In this document: piece by piece, positions 1 through 10,138 of the stretch
Numbering within the stretch: the stretch's first letter is position 1
Layout of the letters: each line of letters begins with the position of its first letter
Assembly: GCA_963755915.1 (NCBI GenBank)
Contig: CAVWLP010000002.1
Span: 832,001 to 896,000, forward strand
Length of the DNA: 64,000 bases
Direction: 5' to 3'
Source: an uncultured Phycisphaerales bacterium
GTDB lineage: Bacteria > Planctomycetota > Phycisphaerae > Tepidisphaerales > Tepidisphaeraceae
Translations under genes and position numbers: made by a program
The notes under the pieces: model-generated
Seen by the model: the letters and a program-made list of their open reading frames with translations, nothing else
Database searches by the model: none
Told to the model about the DNA's origin: nothing

Positions 1-111
1 GCCGGCCTGGCGAACGGCGTGGGCGATGGCGCGGATTCGGTCGGGGCGCTCGGGATGGTATTCGCCGGTGATGTGCTGGACGAACGTGGGGCTGGAGCAG
101 AAGGCGAGCAT
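1..111 (-). CDS. Histone deacetylase-family protein, N-terminal part (runs off window)
   Basis: Manual translation MLAFCSSPTFVQHITGEYHPERPDRIRAIAHAVRQAG; HPE-x-P-x-R is the typical HDAC/AcuC-family N-terminal motif. Confidence 0.7.
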   Translation of the reverse strand, partial: MLAFCSSPTFVQHITGEYHPERPDRIRAIAHAVRQAG

Positions 112-168
112 TGTTGGGGTTTTGAAATTCCCCACGGCAGCGCCGTGGGCGTTCCGGGAATATGCGGT

Positions 169-895
169 TTAGCGGTTAGCGTACATCAAATTACGCATTC
201 CGATCCAGTTATGTGTTGAACAAGTAACCGGCGCTGAGGATGACTTCGCCGCAGAGGATGTAGAGGTAGGTGACGCCGGTGGTGGTTTGGAGGGGGTGGT
301 AGAGCAAGTAGGCGTAAGTGGTGCAGGTGCAGAAGCCGAGGAGGGCGACGGGAAGGAGGTGGGCGGAGTGGTAATAGAGGGCGCGGGAGACGACGGGGAG
401 GGGGAGGCGATAGCCGCGATAGGCGGCTTCCCAGGCGGTGAGGCGGGCGGCGATGCGGATGGTGAGGGATATCGAGACAAATACCAAGATGGGGAGGCCG
501 ATGAGGAGCACCGGGCTTAGCCAGACGGGGTGGAGGACGGAATAGTCGAAGGCATGCCAATGGGCAAAAGCAGCGAAGCCGAGGAGCAATGCTGCGATGG
601 CCCAGTGGATTTGTGCAAATCTATGTGCTGAAACGACTTGCCCACGGGAGGTTGTCCCTCGGAAGAAGCGGGTGGGGGTAAAGATGATTTGGGCGGTGGT
701 GAGCAAAAAACGATGCCAAGCGGGGCGGGGATCGCCGATAACTTCCCATAGCGGTGGTCGGCGGATGAGATCTGAAACGCTTAGGTCGATTGCGCTGCCG
801 CATTCCGGGCAATTTCCGGATGGGGGCAGGCCGTTGAGCATGTATCCGCAATTTTCGCAGAGGATGTCAGTTTCTTCTGGAGCGCGGGTGGCCAT
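169..895 (-). CDS. Zn-ribbon (CxxCGY...CPECG) multi-pass membrane protein, apparent 1-nt insertion near 3' end
   Basis: MATRAPEETDILCENCGYMLNGLPPSGNCPECG followed by hydrophobic segments; removing one base at ~210 gives ...FNTYWIGMRNLMYANR* ending at 169. Confidence 0.7.
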
Positions 896-933
896 CTTAT
901 ATGTGGTATAATAGGCGGGCGGAGAATCAGGCG

Positions 934-1530
934 ATGCATTTTTTGCGATTGAGGGCCATCTTTGTATTGAGCATGGCGGGGTTGCTGGGGTGCGCGAAGG
1001 CCCAGAGCGATTCGGGGCAGGCGCAAAATGTGCCGACGACCCAGCCGGCGGCGGTGGCGACGGCGGCAACGCCCCAGGCGCCGACGGGTTCGATGCTGAA
1101 GATCGGGGAGACGCAGCAGTGGTTTCCGCCGGCGCGGCTGCATCTGGAAACTTCCAAAGGCATCGTGGTCGCACGGCTTTATAGCGACGATCCGAAGGAC
1201 ACGCTTACGGGGAAAGAAGTCGTCAACTCCTACGATATGCGGATGGAGCTGCCGAGCATTTCGGATCCGTCGCAAATCACGCAGACGGTTTGGATCAATC
1301 ATTCGGATAGCATGGATCGGCAGGATAGTCCGTATGGGATTTTTCTGAACACGCAGGGGGAAGTGCTTCAGCCGATGGATGTGACGGCTTATTTCCAGCA
1401 GGTGGATGGGACGACAATTCGAGTGACGTTGAAGGGGACGTTTGCTGAGTTCAAGGCTGGGGACCAGATGCCGCACCCGGTGGCGCCGACGGTGATCGTG
1501 GCGGGGTTTTTGGATGCGACGGTGAATTGA
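934..1530 (+). CDS. Hypothetical lipoprotein
   Basis: Signal peptide with lipobox MHFLRLRAIFVLSMAGLLG-C, Ala/Pro/Thr linker, then a globular region. Confidence 0.75.
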   Translation: MHFLRLRAIFVLSMAGLLGCAKAQSDSGQAQNVPTTQPAAVATAATPQAPTGSMLKIGETQQWFPPARLHLETSKGIVVARLYSDDPKDTLTGKEVVNSYDMRMELPSISDPSQITQTVWINHSDSMDRQDSPYGIFLNTQGEVLQPMDVTAYFQQVDGTTIRVTLKGTFAEFKAGDQMPHPVAPTVIVAGFLDATVN

Positions 1531-3097
1531 GGGGGAAGAACGGCCCGGGGACGGGCCGGCTCATTTTCGGGGCGAGCGTCTGTGGTGGGGTTAGGGGTTT
1601 TTAATTCTGCGATTGAACCGGCGTTGATGAAACCGCGGCTGAAGGTGGATCTCCAGCCGGGGAGATATTTTGTGGTGTCTTCCTGGACGCTGGGGCCTAT
1701 CAACCAAATCGTGTGGAATTTTTCGAGCTGGCGCTGGGCGGATTCGTCGGCGGGATTCTCCAGGAACATCACGGGTCGCTGCGAGCTCGGCGCGTAGTGG
1801 GCGATGTCGAGGTAGTAGATGGCGGCGGGACCCCAGAAGGAGCTGGGGTAGAAGACGAGGGGGTCGTGGGGGCCGGCCATGTGGTCGAGGGTTTGGGCCA
1901 TGCCGCGCCAGTCGCCGTTGTCTTCGGGGGGGCTGGCCTCGAGGCGCTCGATGCCGGCGACGGCGACGCTGATGAGAATCATGCAGGGGAGGGTCCATCG
2001 CCACCACTTGGCTGTTGGCAAGGGCGTGGCGCAGAGGGCAAAGACGCCGACGGAGGCGAGGGAGGTGTATTTGTCGAAGGCGAGGAGGCGGGCGTGATTG
2101 AATAAATCGTAGATGGCGAGCTGGCCGATCAGGGCGACGACCCAGAGCCACCAAAAGAGGAGGGTTTTTGAGCGGCGGATGAGCAGGAGAGGGAGAAGGT
2201 AGACGATGACGCAGGGGGCGAGCCATTCCAATTGGTTGGTCGTGGGGCCGAAGAGATCATCTGCCGGACGGGCGGCGGCGCGAATGAAGGGCGTGAGTGG
2301 AGAGCCGGCGGGTTCGAGAGACCAGTCCTGCTGGCGGAAGAATTCGCGGTGCTGCTGCCAGAGGAAGGGGGTCCAGCAAATTAGAAAGAGGGCGGTGCAG
2401 ATTGCGAAAACGGCGATGACGCGGTTGCGGACATCTGCGCCAGGCGGATCATCGCGTAAGCGAAGATGGCGACCAGGGCGCCGAGGGAGAAATAGTGGGT
2501 GAGGGCGGTGGCGAGGACGCCGACGCCGAGGGCGGTTAATCGGGCGGGGGATGTGCCGCGGCGCTCGATGCGGAGGAGCGCATCGGCGGCGAGCAGGGCG
2601 ACGAGGGACAGGAATGTGTAGGGGCGGGATTGCTGGGCCAGGTCGATCTGCATGGGGGAGAGGGCCATTATCGCCGCGGCGATGAACGCCGTGGAGAAGC
2701 CGGCGGTGAAGCGGAGGATGTCGAAGAGGACGAGGATGGCGGCGAGGGAGGCGAAGACGGAAAACGATCGCGTGGAGAAATCAGCCGGGCCGAAGAAGTC
2801 CATCCACCAGCGGAGGAAGATGAGGTAGAGAGGCGGGTGGACGATACTGCGGAGGCCGGTCCAGATGTGGGGCCAGGAGGGTGCGCCTTCGAGGAGGGTT
2901 TGGGGCGGGGGATCAAATAACACGCCGTGGGGGAGATCGAAAATCGCGGTGCCGCGGCCGGTGGCGAGATGGACCGAGGACCAGTATTCGTCCGGCCAGA
3001 GGCCGACTTTTGTCAGATCGTAAAAGCGCACGGCGCCGGCCACGGCGAGGAGGATCAGCAGCAGGAGTAGCTGGAGAATGTTTTTGCGGGAGATCAC
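1389..3097 (-). CDS. GT39/ArnT(PMT)-like integral membrane glycosyltransferase, frameshifted (3' end uncertain, may lie nearer 1530-1600)
   Basis: LWPDEYWS, VHPPLY, QSRPY, THYF motifs; GTG start overlaps the upstream TGA; continues across frames 2381..3097 and 1389..2231; paralog of the next gene. Confidence 0.75.
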
Positions 3098-4695
3098 TTT
3101 GTTTGCGTGGAGGATGGGGGTTTGACGAGCCAGATGAAGTTTCTTTCGCCCACGCCGCGCACGACAGCGATGTGCCAGCCGGGGAGGAGGCGATGGGTTT
3201 CGAACGTGGCGGAGTGGCCGATCATCCAGACATTGGGAACGGCGGCGAGTTGGGATTTGATTTGATTGCCGGGCGGTCCGATGAGAAAAATCACCGGGCG
3301 TTTCCACGGGCCGATGTAGTGGGAGATGACAAAATAATCGAAGGCGGGCTCGTTGGGGTAGTAGCCGATGATGGCGACGAGGTCGCGGGGGCCGGCCATC
3401 TGGTCGAGATCCTGGGCGACAGTTTTCCAGGGCTCGGCGGGGTCGGGTCCGGATTGCATTCGCGAGAAGCCATAGACGGCGGAGCAGAGGAGGAGCACGG
3501 CGGCGGTGATGACGCCTAGGCGCGAGGGGAGGGCGGTGGCGAGGATCGCGTAGACGGCTGGTGAGGCGAGGTAAACATAGCGGAGGACGCCGACCATCGT
3601 TGTGCGATGGATGAGATCGACGGCGACGACGACGCCGATGGTGCAGATGGTCCAGAGCCACCAGAGGAGGAGCTGGGGAAGGCGATCGCCTGGTTTGGGG
3701 TCGGGCAGAGAAGACCCCCACCCTCCCCCGGAGTACCAGGGGAGGGGAATTAGCGGAAAGAAATAAACCAGCAGCGCGAGGGGAGCGGCGGTGAACCAGG
3801 GCCAGGGGGTGGACGGGTCGAGAAGGAAGCGGATGGGGATGCGGATGAGGGCGCGGAGGGTAAGGGTGAAGCCGGCACCGGTTTCGCGCCAGAAGTTTTC
3901 GTAGGCGCCGTAGAGATGGCGGGTGGACCAGAAGACGGGACCCCAGGTGATAGCGACGAAAAGGATGGCGCCGAGCATTGCGGCAAGGGTGCGGCGGCGC
4001 GCTCGGCCGCGCGTGCGAATAGCGATGTAGATGCCGGCAGAGACGATCGCGCCGGCAGTGTAGTAGTGCGTGAGGGCCAGCGCGGCGGTTGAGAGGGCAA
4101 GCAGCGTCAATCGTGGGATCGTTACGCCGGTGAGGTCGATCGCGATGACGCAATCGAGCAGCACGCAGCCAAGGAAGACCAGCATCGTGTAGGGGCGGGT
4201 GGATTGGGAGAATTCGATTCCGGCAGGAGCGAGGGCCGAGATGGCGGCGGCGATGAGGGCGCGCCACGGACCGGCACAGCGGCGGACGGCGTCGAAGAGG
4301 ATGGGGACGGCCGCGAGGCCGAAGCACCAGGAGAGGCAGCGCGTGGAGAAATCTGATTCGCCGAAGAGATCGACCCAGGCGCGAAGGACGAGGTGATAGA
4401 GAGGCGGATGGGTGGTGCTGTCGAGGCCCGTCCAGATGTGCCACCAGGGGGGTGCGTTTTCGTAACCGACATTTGGGGGCGAGAAGATGATCTGCCCGTA
4501 GGGAAGGTCGAAGGCCAGGTCGCCGCGGCCGGTGGCGAGGTAGAGGGCCCAGTATTCGTCGAGGGTGAGGCTTTCGCGGTCGATGCGGTCGAGGCGGAAC
4601 CAGCCGCTGAGGGCCAGAAGAGCGCCGAGGAGTGCAATATGAAACCGGCGCAACCGTGGTACACCCGCGTGATTTGCGGGGAGCGAAGTCATCAT
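3094..4695 (-). CDS. GT39/ArnT(PMT)-like integral membrane glycosyltransferase
   Basis: LTLDEYW, THPPLY, STRPY, THYY motifs, many TM segments; ATGA overlap with the sdhA stop. Confidence 0.8.
   Translation of the reverse strand: MMTSLPANHAGVPRLRRFHIALLGALLALSGWFRLDRIDRESLTLDEYWALYLATGRGDLAFDLPYGQIIFSPPNVGYENAPPWWHIWTGLDSTTHPPLYHLVLRAWVDLFGESDFSTRCLSWCFGLAAVPILFDAVRRCAGPWRALIAAAISALAPAGIEFSQSTRPYTMLVFLGCVLLDCVIAIDLTGVTIPRLTLLALSTAALALTHYYTAGAIVSAGIYIAIRTRGRARRRTLAAMLGAILFVAITWGPVFWSTRHLYGAYENFWRETGAGFTLTLRALIRIPIRFLLDPSTPWPWFTAAPLALLVYFFPLIPLPWYSGGGWGSSLPDPKPGDRLPQLLLWWLWTICTIGVVVAVDLIHRTTMVGVLRYVYLASPAVYAILATALPSRLGVITAAVLLLCSAVYGFSRMQSGPDPAEPWKTVAQDLDQMAGPRDLVAIIGYYPNEPAFDYFVISHYIGPWKRPVIFLIGPPGNQIKSQLAAVPNVWMIGHSATFETHRLLPGWHIAVVRGVGERNFIWLVKPPSSTQTK
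3721..3746. repeat. REP-like hairpin inside coding sequence
   Basis: CCCTCCCCCGG-AGTA-CCAGGGGAGGG, same design as the intergenic hairpin at 39397-39422. Confidence 0.6.
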
Positions 4696-6591
4696 GCCAT
4701 GGCTTTTTCGGTCCGCACGGCGGCCGGTGGCGGGGGATCGGATTTTTTGCCGTATTCGCGGGCGCGCGGGGGGATGAGGCTGATGTCGATCGGGGCGTAG
4801 CTGATGCACGGCGTGCCCGTGGTGGGGTCGAAGCGGGCGATCGTCGCCTTGAGGAAATCCTCGTCGTTGCGGTGGGGATAGGCGGGCTTAAAGTGGGCGC
4901 CGCGCGATTCGTTGCGCTGGAGGGCGCCCTGGAGGATGGCCTCGGCGAGGATGATCATGTCGCCGGTGGCGCGGGCGAAGCTGAGATTCTGGTTGGTCCA
5001 CATGCCGGTGTCGGAGAGCTTGACTTTCCTGATAGCGGTCTTTCCACTCGCTGGCATTGTTCCAGGGTCTGCTGGAGGCGTTCGTTGTGGCGGATGACGG
5101 TGCAGTTGTCGGTCATCCAGCGGCCCATTTCCTGCCAGAGGAGATAGGGATTCTCGTCGCCGCGGTTGTTCACGAGCCAGTTTTGGCGGTCGGTTTCCTG
5201 TTTGACGGCGGCGTTGAAGACGGATTGCGGCAGCGTCGCCGCGGCGGGCGATGTCGCGTGCAATAGTTTTTGACGCATGCGCCCGCCGAAGAGGCCGTCG
5301 AAGATGCAGCTTAGAAGCGAATTGGCGCCGAGGCGATTGGCGCCGTGATAGGCGAAGTTGACTTCGCCCATGGCGTAGAGGCCGGGGAGGTTGGTCATCA
5401 TGTTGGCGGGGTCGCCGAACTTGAGGCCGCCGGTTTTTTCGTCTTTCTTGAAGCCGGTCCAGAGTCCGCCCATGGAATAGTGGACGGCGGGGAAGATTTT
5501 CATCGGCTCATCGAGGGGATCGGTGCCGACGAATTTTTCGTAGATTTCGAGAATGCCTTCGAGTTTTTCGAGGACGCGCCTGGCGGCCGATTTTTTTGAC
5601 GGTGTCGGCCAAATCCAGATAGACCATGTTTTCGCCACCGATGCCGAGCTTCAATTCGGTGCAGACCTGGAAGATTTCGCGGGTGGCGATGTCGCGGGGG
5701 ACGAGGTTGCCGTATTTGGGGTAGCGTTCTTCGAGGAAATAGAACCGTTCTGATTCGGGGATGGAATTGGGCGGGCGGGTGTCGCCGGGGCGTTTGGGGA
5801 CCCAGACGCGGCCACCTTCGCCGCGGGCGGATTCGCTGATGAGGCGGCACTTGTCTTCGCCGGGGATGGCGGTGGGATGGACCTGGATGAACTCGGGGTT
5901 GCCGTAGTTCGCGCCGGCCTGGTAGCAGCGTGAAGCGGCGCCGCCGGTGCAGATGACGGACATGGTCGATCTTGCCGAAGATCAGCCCGCAGCCGCCGGT
6001 GGCCATGACGACGGCATCGGCGCGGAAGGCGTGGATCTGCATCGTGCGCATGTCCTGGGCGACGATGCCGACGCATTGCCCGTCGTGGACGATGGGCGAC
6101 AGGAACTCCCAGAACTCAAATTTATGTACCAGCCCGTCGGCTTCGTATCGGCGGGTTTGTTCGTCGAGGGCGTAGAGCAACTGCTGGCCGGTGGTGGCGC
6201 CGGCGAAGAAGGTTCGCTTGATGAGCGAGCCGCCGAAGAGGCGGAGCTCGCGCTGGCCTTCGGGGGTGCGGTTGAAGGGGACGCCCATGCGGTCGAGCAG
6301 GTCGATGATGCGCGGGGCCCAGTTGCACATTTCCAGGACGGGCGGCTGATCGGCGAGGAAATCGCCGCCCAGAACGGTTTCATCGAAGTGAATCCACTCG
6401 CTGTAGCCCTGCTGGCGGGCGATGTCGTTGCAGGCGTTGATTCCGCCCTGGGCGCAGACGCTGTGGCTGCGCTTGACGGGAACCATGGAGAAGAGATCGA
6501 CGTTGAACCCGTCCTCGGCGAGCTTGACGGTGCACGCGAGGCACGCGAGGCCGCCGCCGATCACGATCACTCTTTTCGCCGCCGCGGGCAT
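4692..6591 (-). CDS. sdhA: Succinate dehydrogenase flavoprotein subunit (several frameshifts)
   Basis: VIVIGGGLA, RSHSVCAQGGIN, EFIQVHPT, LISESARGEGG, PAVHYSMGG, YHGANRLGANSLL, RNESRGAH spread over 4 ORF pieces. Confidence 0.95.
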
Positions 6592-6595
6592 GTGA

Positions 6596-7081
6596 TCATT
6601 CCTTCCAGAGTTTACCGAGCTTGTCGCGTTTTCTGCGGATAAAGCCGACGTGATGGTCGACGTGCTCGACCATCCATTGAAGGCTCTGGCCGAGCGTGAT
6701 GGGTCCGCGCTCGCTGTGCTGGCCAGTTCGCGAGAAGGCTGACTCCGGCAGCTTTCGCAGGGCGCGGGTGAACTGGCGGCGGTTGAGATCGAAAAGCTGG
6801 AGAGCGCTTTGGGCATCGCGCTCGTCGTTGAGCAATCGCTGGGCAAACTTGCCTTCGTCGTAGCCGAGGATTCTGGGATTTTCCTCGGCGATGATCGATT
6901 TCATGCGGGCGCACCAGATGAGATCGGAATCGAGCATGTGCATGACGATCTGCTGGATCGACCAGAGGCCGAGGGTGGGGTCCGTCGGTTTCCAGATCAT
7001 ATCCTCGCGCGAAAGGCCGGAGACGGCTCCCTTGAGCTTCTCGCCACCGGCTTCGTAATGGTCGATTACCGCGGAAAACAT
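6596..7081 (-). CDS. DinB/YfiT-family protein
   Basis: WSIQQIVMHMLD, RTGQHSERG, EHVDHH metal-binding His pattern. Confidence 0.85.
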   Translation of the reverse strand: MFSAVIDHYEAGGEKLKGAVSGLSREDMIWKPTDPTLGLWSIQQIVMHMLDSDLIWCARMKSIIAEENPRILGYDEGKFAQRLLNDERDAQSALQLFDLNRRQFTRALRKLPESAFSRTGQHSERGPITLGQSLQWMVEHVDHHVGFIRRKRDKLGKLWKE

Positions 7082-7088
7082 TGGCTCC

Positions 7089-7604
7089 TCAACTGGCAGA
7101 TTTCTCCCCAGATTTCTCCATTGCCATCGGCATGCCGAGCCGGTCGCGCTTCATGGAGATGTAGAGAATATGGTGGTCCAGGTGCTCGTTGGTCCAGACG
7201 ATGCTTTGGCCGAGGTTGATCAGGCCCAGGTCGTTGTGGCGGCCGGTCCGGGCGAAGGCTTCCTCCGGAAGCTTGCGAAACAACGGGGCGAGGTGCCGAC
7301 GATTCAGATCCAGAATCTGGGCGGCGAGCTGCGGGTCCTGCTGATCGTAAAAGAGTTTGGTGGCGAATTTGCTTTCGTCGAAGCCGACGATTTCGGGATT
7401 ATCCTCAGCCAGCATCAGCTTCATGCGCGAGGACCAGATCAGCTCGTCATCCATCAGATGCAGGACGACCTGCTGGATCGACCATCGCCCGATGCCCGCA
7501 CCCGGGGCGGGAACCCAGAGGAATTCCTTGGGGGTAAGGCTGCGAATAGCCGCCTTGAGCTTTTCGCCACCGGTTTCGAAATCGTCGATGACCTTGCGAT
7601 CCAT
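7089..7604 (-). CDS. DinB/YfiT-family protein (tandem paralog)
   Basis: WSIQQVVLHLMD, RTGRHNDLG, EHLDHH. Confidence 0.85.
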   Translation of the reverse strand: MDRKVIDDFETGGEKLKAAIRSLTPKEFLWVPAPGAGIGRWSIQQVVLHLMDDELIWSSRMKLMLAEDNPEIVGFDESKFATKLFYDQQDPQLAAQILDLNRRHLAPLFRKLPEEAFARTGRHNDLGLINLGQSIVWTNEHLDHHILYISMKRDRLGMPMAMEKSGEKSAS

Positions 7605-7616
7605 ACTTCTAATATA

Positions 7617-8015
7617 TTAGTGAATCAGGATGGCCTTGTCGTGAATCGCCGCCCCCAGGGCCAGAAAACCGCACAAAAGCGTGAAAAAAAACAGGCCCGT
7701 GCAGACATATCCCCAGCGGCGCTGGGAGCCGGAGCTGATGGTCAGGCCCCAGGTGATGGCGGCGGTGAAGAATCCGTTGGCCAGGTGAAAGCAGGAGGCG
7801 AGGATGCCGATCGGATAGACCAAGTAGGCGACCCAGACGCTGGAATTGATGTGGCGGACGGTGCTTCGGGTGGCATCCGCCGGGACGAATTCCAGGTTGC
7901 CGCCCCAAAGGCCTTTCATGCCCAGCACGTGAAAGGCGAGGAAGAGGACGATGATGACGGCGCTGATCCGCTGGATGAGATAGAGATAATTCTTGGCGTA
8001 GGGATAGGCAACAAT
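7617..8015 (-). pseudogene. sdhC: Succinate dehydrogenase cytochrome b558 subunit, 5'-truncated
   Basis: YPY..NYLYLIQRISA..FLAFHV and FHLANG...TWG motifs of Bacillus-type SdhC; no N-terminal helices or plausible start. Confidence 0.8.
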
Positions 8016-8021
8016 TCCATC

Positions 8022-9815
8022 ATGCAAGTTGCCGCGACGGATTTGCGTGATCATCGCGCCCGCTGCGCGAGCGACCCTGAAGGTTTCCAACTGCTGATCG
8101 ACGACACACGTGCGAAAGACGAGATTGTCGCACTGGGACTTGGACCGCTTATCGACCTGCTCGAATCTCGCCACGCGGCCCTGAAGGGCCTTGATAATGC
8201 GGCCAAGCGAATCGTTTTCCAGTCAATGGCACGTGAGGCAATCTCTAAAAGCCCAGCCCTGGCGAATTTCTCCGGCGACCGTCACGAGTCTTCGCGCAAA
8301 GAATTTCGCGAACTTGATCACAAACTCAAGCGATTGCGACAGAGCGCGATCGCGGCAACTCTAGCCAAGCGAGGTGTTGATTCTGGCTCCAACGTAGGTT
8401 CCCGTCGCCAGTGGACGGGTCTATCGCTGATCCAGAACGAGGCAATTAAGCAGAAAGGACACGTTTCCGTCCGCGACCTGATGGACCGTGCTGGTAAAGC
8501 CATTCAGCAACTGATGCCGTGTTATATGATGAGTCCACTTTCCGTTGCCCAATTTCTCAAGCCGGGAAAGCTTCAGTTTGACCTATTAGTCATTGACGAA
8601 GCATCACAGGTTCGACCAGAGGATGCCGTCGGTGCAATAGCGCGATGCAAGCAAATTGTAGTGGTTGGTGACCCGAAGCAATTACCGCCAACTAACTTCT
8701 TTAGAGAATCGAACTCGGTCACTGATGATGAAGAGACGGAATCCGCAGCAGACGAGCAGTCAATTCTGGACCAAGCGTTGGCGATCATGCGACCGGCGAG
8801 ACGACTAAAATGGCACTACCGCTCGCGACATTCATCACTCATCGCATTCTCGAACAAGGAGTTCTACGACAGCCAGCTAATTGTGTTTCCGTCACCTTAC
8901 GATGAGCACAACGATTTTGGAGTAAGTTACGAATATGTTCCTAAGGGCGTCTTACAAAACAGAATAAACGTGCCGGAAGCACAAGCCGTTGCCAGAGCGG
9001 CGATCGAATATGTCGCGCGCCACCCCGAACGAAGTCTTGGAATCGTGACGCTAAATCAGCCACAGGCGGAGTTACTCGCCCTGGAGATTGACCAACTTGC
9101 GACCGAGCACGAAGAGTTCGAGGTGTGGCGTCAAAGGCAGGAACAGACGCTCGAACGATTTTTCGTGAAGAATCTAGAAAACGTGCAAGGAGATGAGCGA
9201 GACGCGATCTTTATTTCCACCGTCTATGGACCGCACGAGGTTGGGAAACGAGAATTTCCTCAGCACTTCGGGCCGATCAACAATCCGGGGGGACACCGAA
9301 GGCTCAATGTTCTTTTCACTCGAGCCAAATACCAAACCGTAGTGTTTTCCAGCATGAATCCCGCTGATATGCGGACCGACGAGACCTCGCCTTGGGGTGT
9401 TCGCGCGTTAAAGGGCTATTTGAAATTTGCCAAGGACGGCGTTCTCGATTTGCCGTCAGAGACGGGTCGCGAACCTGACAGTGATTTCGAAGTTTCCGTG
9501 ATTAACACGCTTAAAAACGCCGGATATGAGGTTGTCCCACAAGTCGGTGTAGTGGGATATTTCATCGACTTGGCCGTGCGCCACCCGCAAAGGCGAGGCG
9601 AATTCGCACTGGGGATTGAATGCGATGGAGCGAGTTATCATTCAAGTAAGAGCGCTCGTGATCGAGACCGATTGCGTCAAGAGATTTTGGAGCGATTGAA
9701 ATGGCGGATACACCGTATCTGGTCGCTTGACTGGTATCGCAACTCAAAACGTGAGACCGAGCGCCTCATGACCGCCGTCGCCACTGCGATCGCGTCAACG
9801 GCGGAAAGAGCCTAG
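8022..9815 (+). pseudogene. SF1 (UPF1/DNA2-like) helicase with C-terminal restriction-endonuclease-like (MTES_1575/DUF559-type) domain, 5'-truncated; resembles DUF4011 helicase-nucleases
   Basis: MMSPLSVAQFL, VIDEASQ, VGDPKQLPPT, WHYRSRH, NLENVQGDERD, RRLNVLFTRAK, then IDLAV..IECDGASYH..RDRDRLRQ..HRIWSLDW; no Walker A; visibly lower GC than flanks. Confidence 0.85.
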
Positions 9816-9903
9816 ACCGCTCAAAGGGCACGGCCTAAGACGCCTCGCAATTAGTCTTACGCCAAGCCGAACTCCTCTTCACCGAAAACCAGTCCGAGCA
9901 GTT

Positions 9904-9983
9904 TTGATATCATTGATATCATTGATATTACAAAAAACCGTACCCCATCCCACCCAAACCACCCAAACCACCCAAACCACCCA
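9904..9983. repeat. Two short 9-bp tandem repeats
   Basis: TTGATATCA x~3 then CCACCCAAA x~4. Confidence 0.8.
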
Positions 9984-10138
9984 GTTTATTGCGGACTGTA
10001 ACATTTTGTACTGATACTCCCCGGGGCGCAGTTCGCTTTCACCTTCACACATTCAAACCTTCACACCCCCACTCTTGCACACCTTCGCACTTTCACACTT
10101 TTCACACCTCCGCGTTTCCGCTACAAAGCCCCCCTCTC

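Noticed and set aside
7170-8021. N-terminal 284 aa of the 881-aa + strand ORF
   Set aside because: Antisense shadow of DinB and sdhC; helicase motifs begin only after ~8022
9904-10108. CRISPR array
   Set aside because: Only 7-9-bp tandem units; no 23-47-bp repeats with unique spacers and no cas genes in the window
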